A DNA stretch of 64,000 bases from Octopus sinensis (taxonomy: Eukaryota). The notes below the pieces were generated by a model. The model was not told the DNA's origin, did no database searches, and saw nothing but the letters and a program-made list of their open reading frames with translations. The stretch is from assembly GCF_006345805.1 (NCBI RefSeq), contig NW_021825194.1:310001-374000 (forward strand), given 5' to 3'. The translations under genes and the position numbers were made by a program. Numbering within the stretch: the stretch's first letter is position 1; each line of letters starts with the position of its first letter. Shown here one piece after another: positions 38,860 to 51,930 of the stretch.

Positions 38860-38989
38860 ACAAACTGGGACAAGAACACAAAACATTTAGAAGACGATAC
38901 AAAAAACACTGACGGGACATTCGAAGCCTTCAATCTTCAGTCAAGAACCGGATCATCCACACAATTTCGGCTGATTAATATATATATAT

Positions 38990-39045
<56 letters not shown>

Positions 39046-39130
39046 TATACATATATATATTTATAATACATAGATACATACATACATACATACATACATA
39101 CATACTACATATATATATGTATGTATGTAA

Positions 39131-39203
<73 letters not shown>

Positions 39204-39239
39204 CATACATGTATATATATATATATATAAGTTCAGCAA

Positions 39240-40686
39240 CAATTTAGATTCAAGTGAATATGGTACTTAATTTAGATGCACCAGAATTTTGTATGGTGTT
39301 ATCCATAAAAATTTGCGGGGTAATTATAATCAAAATAAGAATAACTCCGGTAATTTGGTACAATTGTTTCGCACTACATCATTTTATTAAAAGTTTTCAA
39401 GTAAGATTTAAAATGCTGAGTGCTCATCAGCCAATTACATAGGTTTTCCATTAATACAAAGGCTTTCAAATCAAGTAGTAACATTATAGAGGAGGTAGAT
39501 ATACAGATAAAGATGAAGATTTAAATTTTAAGAACATATGAGGTTGTGAAGTCCAATCACTGACTGACAAAGCTATGGCTGTATCTAACTGCTATAAGAT
39601 TAGAAGTAATAAAGATTTTTTAGTTGTAGGAATGGGGTAAGGGAGGTTTCAGAATACCATAAAAGGAATTCAAGTTGCCACTAACAAAATGCCAATTACT
39701 GCTATTAGGTGAGAGGAACTAGGTCAATGTCAAATGGTCATTAATCCCCTTTACAGAGAGTAGGGAAAAAAACCTATCACTTATGAGTAGACATAGTATT
39801 TTATAACTGAGGGAAAGCTTTATTAATTTTAAAACTAGATTAGATTTAGAAAAAATTCCAATTTCATGTTTACAGTGAAGTTTTTTTAGTCATCTATGAA
39901 AGTTAAATTGAAAGCTAGTATAGTATATTTCTTATTATTATAATAAAAAGTTAAAATTAAAAACATATAGGAATACTCACAATTTTTATTTAAAGTATTT
40001 AAACGTTCGGGTTGTGGAATGTATGCAAGATCATCCCAACTCCAGGCGATTATTCAACAGATTTATATTACTCTGATGTTTTAAAATTTCATAAGTTTCC
40101 AAAGAACAAAGTTGACAACCTTCCCAACTATTTCTAACTATATCCCATTTTAGGTTCAATCCTATATTGTTTGTTTTTAGTTCCCAAATTTTGCTAGATA
40201 GTGTTGTGCAACCTGTCTTATGTTTTAGTCTAACAGAGGAAAAATGATTGTTAAGACGTCTTTTAAAATCCACCGAACATCCGAAATAAAGAAAGCTATT
40301 GTTAGAAGTTATTATCGTGCATTTATAAATTACGTTTTGGACCGAACAACGACCAGATACCGGACATTTTGATCTAATCCTACAATTACAACTGGGGGGT
40401 ATAGTATTCAGTTCTGGAATTATTTAAGGATAGTTCACTCACATTACTGTTATTTAAATTATTATTAGTATTAGTATTACTTTTATTATTAGTAATCACG
40501 TTGTTATTCAAAGTAGGGTTACTATTTATTAATCCATCTTCACCATCATTCCCACCAACCATACTTTTATCTATACTACCTATATTATTGGTATTGTTAT
40601 TATCACTATTTATATCAATGTTGTTGTTATTATTATTATTATTGTTATCATCATTATTAATATTATTTTATTATTTTTATTTTTAC

Positions 40687-40729
<43 letters not shown>

Positions 40730-42325
40730 GTTATTATTATTATCATTATTGTTATTTCTATTGTTAATGCTATTATTACAATTATTATTATTATCTTTGT
40801 TGTTACTATTCATTCTACTCCTGGCTATCTTAATGTTTTTACTATTAAGTCTAGCTATTATGGTAGCCATGTTTGGGAGAGTTGAATATGAAATTCTTAC
40901 TGATCTCCCAGAAATTATTTTATGATATTTATGGGGGGCTGGGAAATTTTTTCCAGTATAGATTTAAACTACTGTACACATTCGTTGAGATCGCGCAATT
41001 AAAGGGGATATTTAGCCAAATGATATTTTCTCTTTTATATTTTTTGTTTAAGTACGAGTGGGAAGGATTAGTGTTATCAGTAGTCGCACGAGAATTATTA
41101 TTCCTTTTACTACTATTTTTATGCCTATCAGGTTAGCATTTTCATATTTATTTATGATCTGTTCCCTATTTTTATTCCTATAATTTGGTTTATACACTAG
41201 GTTCTTTTTCTCCATTAATTTATGTTTATGTAGGGTATGAGAGTTATTACTACTTACGTCATTTACATTCACTTCATTATTTGGGAGATTTGAGCTATCC
41301 TTATCAAGAAAGGTAATTTCTTGGTCATATCTCGCCTTGGATAATGCGATATTGTAATGGTTAGAGTGAGAGTTAAATATATCACTATTAGATGATAATT
41401 TTGAAATTCTTTGGGAAATATTTCTAACTAATGATTTTAGTATATTCGGGGGGCGACTAGATAACTTACTTACATATCTAGTGACCTCGCCCTCCTTTCT
41501 AAATGGGTAATGTAAATTTGAATTTAGGCCTAAGGTAACATCTAGGAAATTAACTATCTTAGTGTTAGGTTCATAAGTAATGCCTAGGTTTAAATCTTTA
41601 AAAAAAAATTATTAATTTTCTTTTTTATCCTCTCAATACTTGATTTACTATTGATTTACTATTTTAGTATATTCGGGGGGCGACTAGATAACTTACTTAC
41701 ATATCTAGTGACCTCGCCCTCCTTTTTAAATGGGTAATGTAAATTTGAATTTAGGCCTAAGGTAACATCTAGGAAATTAACTATCTTAGTGTTAGGTTCA
41801 TAAGTAATGCCTAGGTTTAAATCTTTAAAAAAAATTATTAATTTTCTTTTTTATCCTCTCAATACTTGATTTACTATTGCTAGGTACAACGAACAAAGCA
41901 TCATCCCTTTATATACCACCTTGTAACTCAGGGATATCTCTGTTTATGCATTTTAATAAGTATGCTCCCACCAGATTCGTTATCTCCGCTGAGTCACTAG
42001 AGCCCATAGGTATATCAAAATTATTAGGGGTATCCGCCCTAGTCCATAATTTACTTTCAAATTCAATGATAGTTTTTCTAGCTAATAGGATGATGTCAAT
42101 ATCCTCCCTAGATATGATATAGCGATTCATAGCAAAAATAAGTGATTTGTTTAGTAGAATGGGGGATATACTAGAATAGTAATTGTTAATATCAAATTGG
42201 ATAAAAGAAATTCTATTAGTGTTATCTAGAGATTTAAACCAACCTATCACTTCATCTGTATTAATCCATAGACTCAAGGGGAGATTAGGAATTATACGGG
42301 GTAGAATATTGTCCAAAATATTTTG
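39240..42325 (-). mobile_element. 5'-truncated PLE (family P1): RT, linker, GIY-YIG and 3' UTR
   Basis: It contains FIQFDINNYYSSI...PMGSSDSAEITNLVG, NFLDVTL and LYFGCSVDFKRRLNNHF...CQLCSLE...LLNNRLEL. There is an internal tandem duplication of about 227 bp at 41434-41878. Confidence 0.9.
39350..39438 (-). ncRNA. Type I hammerhead ribozyme in the P1 3' region
   Basis: The RNA reads GUAAUUGG-CUGAUGA-GCACU...AGUGC-GAAA-C(AAUU)G-UA^CCAAAUUAC. The core is fully canonical and stem III is palindromic. Confidence 0.9.
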
Positions 42326-42341
42326 TAATATATATATATTT

Positions 42342-42426
<85 letters not shown>

Positions 42427-42499
42427 ATACAGAAATATATATATACATATACATATATGTATATGTTACACGGGAAAAGCCATTGATTCATGATTGTTG

Positions 42500-43185
42500 C
42501 CATGTGATGCCCTTATATAGCTTTTAAGCTCGGCCAAGCTTTTACACATTCTATTACATACTAGACAGCTGTGCTGGCTGGCAGGAGAAACAGGTGCCGC
42601 CCTATGCACTCTCTTAACATGTCTTTTTAGGCCTTAAACTGAGAAGCACGCCCTTCCACATTTTACACACGTTCTGTTATGAATTTTAATAACCACTTCA
42701 TTGTTTATCATGGGTCGATTTCTATGAGACTCAAACACCTCCACCTACAAACCACACACATGAAAAGCAACACTCTCTCACTTTCCACGGGCTACCCCCT
42801 TCTAAGCCCCCTCCTAATTCTCTCATACTCCACTCTCTCGCTCTCAAATCTTGAACAACCATCATGCGCTATTTTCCTCCATCCATCACGGTCTTGTGCC
42901 TCCCTCTCCCAATTACCAGCTGCAACCCTCTCAGTATTAGAACATTTTAAAGGCAATCCTTAAACCTTAGTTTAGGCTTATGCGCTGGTCTCCTGCAATG
43001 TTCCAGCTCACCATACAATAGCTGCTTGGGCAGTCGCTCATCACTCACCCTTACGAAATGTCCCCCCCACCTCAAACGTCTTTGCAAAACCATTGACTCT
43101 CTGCTTCTACTGCCACTCCTCTCAAGCACCTCCACGTTACTAATGGCCATTTTCCAGTTTATCCCCCAAATTTTTCTCAGACAGT
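42500..43185 (-). mobile_element. RTE LINE 3' fragment
   Basis: It contains VLERSG...RLRWGGHFVRVSDERLPKQLLYGEL...KPKLRFKD and a downstream CxxC..H remnant. Confidence 0.82.
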
Positions 43186-44350
43186 ATTCATATAAATACA
43201 GTGTACATTTAAACACATAAGAGGTATCCTTCATAGGATTCCTTATTTTTCATTCCCTTCGAGTTTTTTTTTTATCCCTAATAGTGGTTTGGATTTTAGA
43301 TGGTCTTTCTAGCGTGAAAGGAATCCTATGAAAGATACCTCTCATTTGTTTAAATGAACACTGCATTTATATAAATAATATATAGTCTATTGACTAATTT
43401 TTCTATACGCTAGGCCACAGGTAGTGAAAAGTTTTCTAAAATATTTATTACCCTGATATTATTAATTATTGATCTTTTTTCTGGAGAATTGTTCGAAGAA
43501 ATGCCGGTATTTTTTTTTTCTTTTGCTGCCGACAAAAAACTGCGCTTGCGCGGTGGATTTGAAAAATTATAATGTATAAGCAAGAGGCACATGTTGGATT
43601 TGCTTCGTACTTATATGTTTGATCTTGGCGTACCTGTTGATGAAGACTTCGCCTAGCAAATTATTTTATTTACTAAAAAAATTAGAAACCATAGTCCAGT
43701 AAATAGATAGTAAATGTTTTTATTTTTGATTCCCTTCGAGATTTTTATCCCTAATAGTGGTTTGGACTTTAGCTGATCCTTCTAGCGTGAAAGGAATAAT
43801 ATATAGTCTATTGACTAATTTTCCTACATGCTAGGCCACAGGTAGTAAAAAAATTTCTAAAATATTTATTACCCTGATATTAAATATTGATAATTTTTCT
43901 GGAGGATTCTTCAAAGTAATGCCTGTATTTTTTTTGCTACCGACAAAAACTGCGATTGCGTGGTGGATTTGAAAAATTATAATGTATAAACAAGAGGCAC
44001 ATGCTAGATTTGCCTTGTTTGATCTTGGCATACCTGTTGATGAAGACGTCGACTAGCAAATTATTTTATTTGCTAAAAAAAGTTGGAAACCATGATCCAG
44101 GAAATAGATGGTAAATGTTTTTATTTTTCATTCCCTTCGAGTTTTTTTTATCCCTAATGGTGGTTTGGACTTTAGCTGGTCCTTCTAGTGTGAAAAGAAT
44201 CCTATGAAGGATACCTCTTATGTGTTTAAATGTACACTGTATTTATATGAATAATATATATATTCTATTGGCTAATTTTTCTACACGCTAAGCCACAAGT
44301 AACAAAAATTTTCTAAAATATTTATTACCGTGATATTATTAATTATTTTA
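43186..44350 (+). repeat. About 2.5 tandem 400-480-bp units with a 56-bp 5' inversion and decayed HHR-like motifs
   Basis: Units start at 43246, 43723 and 44124. 43186-43241 is an exact reverse complement of 44197-44252. Confidence 0.75.
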
Positions 44351-44405
44351 CATTTATACATACATACATACATACATACACAATACATATATATATATAT
44401 ATATA

Positions 44406-44464
<59 letters not shown>

Positions 44465-44826
44465 CATGATATATACGTGTGTGTGGTGTGTGTGTGTGTG
44501 TATGCTTGTATATATGTGAGATAATAGTTTCAGTATTAATAGTGAAAGCTGAAAGTACTATCTCAATTTACAATAGAGATGTCATTGTTTCACTTTTGTC
44601 ACGTAATACTGAAATAGTATAAGCGATAAAAGATTGCTCCGGGCTCTCATTGGGTAAGAAGGTGAACTGTTTTTTTGGCCCGTGACTTAGCATGTGTAAA
44701 ATTTGAATGAAATCGGTTGGGTAGTTCTCAAGTTTTAGTGATGCGCACATACAGACACAGACAGACAGACACACATTCTCAGCTTTATATATATAGATAT
44801 ATGTATATATATATATATATATGCAC

Positions 44827-44887
<61 letters not shown>

Positions 44888-45309
44888 TATATATATATAT
44901 ACATATATTTGTATGCGTGTGTGTGTGTGTCGGTATGTATTTGTGTATGTATATATATTGTACGCAAAGGATACAAATGTAAGGGAGACAATCAATTTCT
45001 GAATGCTACTTCGCAAAGAGTTACCTCACTTGTCCACAACAGGCACTGTAGGCCAGGAAACCACACGTCGAGCAAAAGGGCAAAAGCTCGCTCGATCTCG
45101 ATTTTCAGTTGCCCCATTACTCCATACTACTACTCCATAAGTGAAAATTCTGATGAGTGTAGTACCATTTCTGGAACATAAGTGATGTATGTACCAAGCG
45201 TGAACAAAATCGTATGAAAAATATTGATATTAAGCGGGTTCAAGAAACTGTCCCGTCACACACACACACATACACACACACATATCTTCCGTCTTATATA
45301 TATATATAT

Positions 45310-45388
<79 letters not shown>

Positions 45389-45537
45389 AGAGAGAACAAA
45401 GTGTACGTACGCCGCTATATATATATATATATATATATAACGGGAAGCTTTATGAAAATAGACAAAAGACGAAGGCAGGTGGAAAACAAACGAACAATTG
45501 TATTAGTATGGCGCTCAGGAAATATAAATAAAACAAG

Positions 45538-45575
45538 TCTTTAACGTTTCGAGCCTACGCTCTTCAACAGAAAGA
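45538..45575 (-). ncRNA. Minimal hammerhead-like motif (A6U variant), within the HHa unit at 45438-45605
   Basis: The RNA reads UCUUU-CUGUUGA-A-GAGC(GUAG)GCUC-GAAA-CG-UU-AAAGA. Confidence 0.55.
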
Positions 45576-45892
45576 TACACAGAGAGAAAAAAACACTGAA
45601 AGAAGGAGATATATATATATATACAAAATGGGACAAGAACGCAAAACATCCAGATAGGCGATACAAAAAACACGGACGCGTCATTCGAAGCCTTTAATCT
45701 TCAGTCAAGAACCGGATCATCCTCGCAATTTTGGCTGATTAATCTTGAGATTGCTCCAATCTGGTCTACCCCAAGGAAAAGCTAAGCTAAGAGCATTAGA
45801 TTCCTTGAGAAAAAGCTTCGAATGTATACGAAACAAGGACAGAAAAACGGACGATGTTACACGAATATAAATACAAAAATAATACAAAAAAC

Positions 45893-45949
<57 letters not shown>

Positions 45950-47700
45950 GGGGCATAACAACAGGCGTCTTTCGACTGGAGACGAATTGAATTCGGCTGG
46001 CGTGTTGGTAATTAAGCCTTACGACAGAGGAAAATATCGATGTGGCAGCAATCGCAGTCAAGCGCAAAAAGGCCAGTAATCGGCCAATAGTCACATGAGA
46101 AGAGAAGAGAGAGAAAAAGAGGAACAAAGGAATTAAGGAGGGGGAGAAGAAGGAGAGTGAGTGTGTAGACGGAAGAATCAGAGAGTGACGAGAAAAAGAG
46201 AGAGACAGGGACAAAGTTGAAGTGCAAAGTAAGAAAGACAAAGAGATGTGAGAGAGGGGAGAGAGAGAGTGTTGAAGAAGTCGTACAAAGCTTAGTGAAA
46301 TGTGTACTTACATATAAGCACACACTGTGTATATATATATACACACACAGGTATGTAATATTTTCCGTTTGTTGTCTTATTTTATCCTGAAAATATTATT
46401 TATGTAACGCATGCACTCATTAATTTTTTACCGTATATATGTGTGCCTGTGAGTGTGTGCGTGTGTGTGGCAAGTGAAAGACGAAAAATGGAATTAACGA
46501 GAATTTATTATTAATCACGGCAATTGTTTCGACACATCTAGCATCGATCCCTCGTGGATGGGACAAGCAACAACTGGTTCAATAGTATCCAGCGGTGCAC
46601 CTGTATCTCGTCTGGTTATAAATAAATGCAACTCGTTAAAATAACAATTCCGCCATGTAACTTCTCGTTTTGTAGAAAGAAAAGCAGCTAGACGTGGGGA
46701 ATATCTTAATTTGTATAGAAGATAAAAAATAAAATCACAGATGGAAAAAAGAGAAACGAACACGTAATACAGTGAGAGAAGTATTAAAAATAACCGTTAA
46801 CAAATATAGATGCATAAACGCCCTCGGGCGTTTATGCATCTGTATTTATCACGCATAGCGTGGGGACACTCGTATATTGAAGCATCCGCGAAAATGTGAG
46901 CATACGCACACGTTAGGTTTGGTACACTCATGATCACAAAGCGAGTTAACTATCTACTTGATGTTTGTAAGAATGGGTAGGTTAAAAGTAAACTTAAGTT
47001 ATCCATACCTTAAAGTAAACTAAATTATGTTAACAGTTACTCAAAATTCATTCCCACTGCATTGTGCGAAAGTACATTTATATGCGTGTAGGCATCTCGA
47101 GAGTCTTTCAGAAACTCGAGAGAGGGGTGGGGAGATACAGACAGACAGACTAACAAACATGTATGTGTGTCAGCATAAAGCGCTTGCGTGAACTTCAAAT
47201 TCAATACGTTTGAGCTCATGTTTGTTTGTGCTGTATGTAGTCTAGCTTACATCTGATTATGCCTGTACAAAAATGAAGAGGAAAAGAATGAGAAAAGATA
47301 TGAAATGAAAAATACAAAAAGAAAGGAAAACAATAAGAATGCAAATAAGTTATAAGCTATATAATATCTATTCAACCAGTATTAACACTAATTGATCTGG
47401 ATAATTGCAATGGAATGTTCTCTAGACTCACTGAAACAGGGGAATGTTCATTAAAGATATTTTTCTCTTTCTGCAGAGATATAATCTTTACTCAAGTGTT
47501 TCAAAGATTAAAAGATAGTAGAGACCAAGCAGCTAACTAAATAAATAGCGTTTTAAAAAATGGACAGAGATACCGAGGCTGAAATATTCATTGGTACTGC
47601 TTTAGTCTCTTCGCGTTTAAATTATCTTCGAATTACGGGGTGAGAAGTCAAAGTGTAAGTGATAAGCTTTAACCATCTGTTTTAGCAGCATTCTCCCTCC

Positions 47701-47733
<33 letters not shown>

Positions 47734-47750
47734 ACTCATACACACACACA

Positions 47751-47835
<85 letters not shown>

Positions 47836-48089
47836 CAATAAAGCGAATAGTTACTAAATTTCTAAGCCGAAATTAGAAATCGAATTCACAATTTCCTACA
47901 GGTCCTCTACTTATTGTTTTAGCCTGTTGCACTAGAAATTTATGAGTATAAACTGAGCGCTTAACTTATCATGGGTCAAATCGGATACAGAGGGAAATCT
48001 TTTGTTTAGCCTGACCTAATTTGGTTTAGAAGAATATAAATACGCAACCAAAAATCATCTCTTTCTCTTTGATCCTTGGCCGCCACTTA

Positions 48090-49118
48090 GAGAAGATCTT
48101 TACCTTTTGAACGGAAGGTCGAGAAATGAATTTTTTGTAACTAAACACTTTCAAACTTCGGACACTGGTAGAATGTGTCATATAAAACATCTTTTGCTCT
48201 TAGTGTTGTTGAGAAAAGTTTGTATTTTCAAAGTTATGTCGTATTTCGGTAATTTCAACCAATCAACTGAATAAAATTACTGCTGTTGTTTGTCAACAAC
48301 AACTTCCGGCGGTGTATATTTCGTTCGTCTCTGTTATTTATGACATATTTCATCTCAGTTACGTTTGTATGAATAAACGAGTGTATCTGAAGCATGTTTA
48401 CTTCATGGCACCACCACAATCGTTCGTGCATTTCTACTGCTTTTAGTTTTTTCCCCTGCTTTTCATCTACTATTTTCGGAAATACTTTTTTTGCTCCCTC
48501 CCCCTCCTCCTCCAATTTCTTCGTTTTTCACTTTTTCCGTAACTCTAACTCTAAAATCCCAACCCTAACCCTAACCCTAAAACCCTAGCCCTAACCCTAA
48601 CTCTAAAGCTCTAACCCTGAAACAGTAACCCTAAAACCCTAACCCTAACACTAACTCTAAAACACTAACCTAACCCTAAAACCCTAACCTTAACCCTAAA
48701 ACTCCAACCCGAACGCACTAACCCTAACCCTAAAACCACAACCCTAACCCTAACTCTAAAACCCTAACCCTAGCCCTAAAACCCTAACCCTAACCCTAAA
48801 ATCCTAAAGTTAACCAGTACAAACGCACGAACGGTATCATAAATAACAGTGACAAACGAAATATACACCGCTGGAAGTTGTTGTTGACAGACAACGGCAG
48901 TAATTTTATTCAGCTGAATACACGTCATTGATTGGTTGAAATTACCGAAATACGACAACTTTAACACGAAATAACTTCGAAAATGAAAACTTTTCTCAAC
49001 AACGCTAAGAGTAAAAGTTGTTCTATATGACACATTCTACCAGTGTCCGATGTTTGAAAAGTGTTTAGTTACAAAAAATTAATTTCTCGATCTGCCGTTC
49101 AAAGGGAAAAGATCCCTC
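48090..49118. mobile_element. About 1-kb long-TIR (foldback/MITE-like) element with an internal telomere-like array
   Basis: About 48090-48343 is the diverged reverse complement of about 48837-49118. The TSD is unresolved. Confidence 0.75.
48541..48808. repeat. Degenerate interstitial (CCCTAA)n array with CCCTAAAA punctuation
   Basis: Direct reading shows a recurrent unit of about 20 bp: ccctaa ccctaa ccctaaaa. Confidence 0.88.
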
Positions 49119-49285
49119 AGACAGCATTCCTCTTTCTGTCTTCTTTGTTCCGGCGCCGATGGAGAAGCAGCACCTTTATGCGAGGGCCAACACAACTTTT
49201 ACCCTCTATATTTGTTTAGACTCTCTCTTACTTCCTGTCTACCTGTCTCTTTCTCTCTCTCCCTCTCTCTCTCTCGCTCCCTCTC

Positions 49286-49339
<54 letters not shown>

Positions 49340-49599
49340 AGTCACTTATAGACGAAACTAACTACCATACAGAATGGACTATGGAACAACAAAAAACTTG
49401 TGTACACAAACAACTCAACTTGAAGATGTTGTATTCTACACAGTAACGACGTTAATAATGATATAAATAAAAGACTATCTCAAAACGCAATTAATATTGT
49501 TATCTCATTTATTCGGTGCATATTATCGTTGCACATCATCATTATAACTGTTTATTAACATATATAATTCTATATGGTAGTTAGTTTCACTTGTACATT

Positions 49600-49609
49600 G
49601 CTACTTGAA

Positions 49610-49658
<49 letters not shown>

Positions 49659-50170
49659 CTTTATTCACCATAAGGTTGAGAAAAAGAAGGGACAAAACAA
49701 ACATTGGGGTCAGGGTATCGAATGAGACGAAACATATGAATAAACAAACAATTAAAATATATACAATTAAATGAGAATGAGTGAATAACAAAAAAATGAA
49801 GCGGGGGACACGGTTGACCCCACAAACCACATACTCACACTGAAGACTTTGCTTTCTCCTTTTTTACATTCTCGATTAAACAGGTTCTTTCACTCGCAAC
49901 ATACTTGCTATAGACTTCCATCTTTTACGAAACACACTTTGCGACAGGCATTTCTTCTCCAGCCTTATTTTCCGTTTCATGTGGAAAATGAAAAAGCTGA
50001 TTAGCTCGAGACTGGAGATAACATGCCTGTTGCAATTCCTTTTACTCTCGTCTTCCATACTACTTCTTTCGCCATAGCAACTATCGAGAGAAAACAGGCT
50101 CGCTCCTCCCTATTCAGGGAGGTCGGCGAAACTATCTTAATTACAGATTCGCTCGACAGTTGTACTCTTC
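49600..50170 (-). mobile_element. L1/Tx1-type LINE 3' end
   Basis: MAKEVVWKTR...FFIFHMKRKIRLEKKCLSQSVFRKRWKSIA resembles the Tx1 ORF2 C-terminus. A T-rich 3' UTR follows. Confidence 0.5.
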
Positions 50171-50609
50171 TTGAATAGAGACAGACAGACAGACAGAAAA
50201 AAAGAAAAGAAAACAATAAGAAGCAAACAAGCCATGAGCTATATACTATTTATTCAACCAGTGTTAACACTAATTGATCTGGGTAATTACTCAAGTGTTT
50301 CAAAGATTAAAAGATAGTAGAGACAAAGAACAACTGAAAGAGAGAAAGAAAAAGCAGCTAACTTAATAGTTTCAAAAACTGAACAGAGATACCGAGGCTG
50401 AAATATCCATCGGTACTGCTTTAGTCTCGCGTTTAAATTATCTAGTCAAGTATGTATAAGATACGCTTCATAATTTAAACACAAATTGTATGGTTTGCAT
50501 ATGATTTGGTGTTTTTTTTTTTTTCACTTTTTCACTTTCTATTCTTAATTTTTGTCTTTCCCTCTCCCCTCCTCTTTATTTTTTCTCTCTCTTTCTCTTT
50601 CTCTCTTCG

Positions 50610-50674
<65 letters not shown>

Positions 50675-51449
50675 TCCCTGTCTTTATTTTGCATATTCTT
50701 TTTTTAGCCGCCAGAGATATTTTGGTTGCAATCGAATCAGGATACAATTCAGATCATATTTTCTATCCAAATCTCACACCATTCTCTTTGTCTACCATCG
50801 TCTCACTTTATTTCCATATTTCCTTTCTTTATTTCTTATTCCTCTTCTTCCCCGTTCAGCCATTATAAATGTCCCCAGTATTTTCGTAGGAATCAATACA
50901 TCTCGAGTCTGGGTCCTTGTTCTCTATTTCCTTCTCTTTCACCATGTCAGTTTCCGAATGTTAAGTACTCTTCCTCCATAGATCCAAAGCCACAAAGATC
51001 AAACCGTCCTGTTTACGTCCATCCATATCTTACGTTAACCTGGATATTTATGCCAACTTAAGAATTTATATTTGAAACTTTTAATCCTTTCTTGATATAT
51101 CAGTCGGTTTCTGAATTCTAAAGCTCCAGCTCCACTTGCATCTATTCCATTTCATGTTGGAGGTGAACGCATATACGCGTCTGTGTAACCAAATTCAGAA
51201 ATCGATAAAATGTTAGGTAGATACGCATGTAAAGTTTCCCTTTTGTTGATTTAAACTTTAACAATAAAGGACAGAGTCTCCGACACGTATGAGTTTTGGC
51301 ATTGTTTTACGGAATTTTATTCATGATAAACTTCTTAAATAAACTTTAAAATAGATTGGACTTTAATTTATTTTCTAGTAGAAAGTGGCAATGCAGCATT
51401 CAAAAAAATTACACGTCCTCCCTTGTAATCATTATTCTATGCTTCCATC

Positions 51450-51930
51450 AAGGCGGCGAGTTGGCAGAAACGTTAGCACGCCGGGCGAAATGCTTTGTGG
51501 TATTGTTTGTCCTCTCTGTGTTTAGCCCCTTGTGGGTAGTAAAGAAATAGGTATTTCGTCTGCCGCTACGTTCTGAGTTCAAATTCTGCCGAGGTCGACT
51601 TTGCCTTTCATCCTTTCGGGGTCAATAAATTAAGTACCAGTTATGCACTGGGTCGATATAATCGACTTAATCCGTTTGTCTGTCCTTGTTTGTCTCCTCT
51701 GTGTTTAGCCCCTTGTGGGTAGTAAAGAAATAGAAATAGGTATTTCATCTGCCGTTACGTTCTGAGTTCAAATTCCCCCGAGGTCGACTTTGCCTTTCAT
51801 CCTTTCGGGGTCAATAAATTAAGTACCAGTTACGCACTGGGATCGATGTAATCGACTTAATCCGTTTGTCTGTCCTTGTTTATCCCCTCTGTGTTTAGCT
51901 CCTTGTGGGTAGTAAAGAAATAGGTATATA
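51450..51930 (+). mobile_element. SINE family B with tandemly reiterated 3' part
   Basis: The block gttctgagttcaaatt...tttagccccttgtgggtagtaaagaaatagg is repeated at a period of about 175 bp. Confidence 0.8.

Noticed and set aside
45143-45215. CUGAUGA-GUGUAGUAC motif
   Set aside because: No GAAA or stem III partner and no stem I pairing were found.
38900-45720. CUGAAGA on the minus strand near 38935 and 45710
   Set aside because: No correctly spaced stem II-GAAA-UH follows, so these are not called hammerheads.
48541-48808. Possible chromosome end or fusion site
   Set aside because: The array is short, degenerate, single-orientation and enclosed by TIRs.
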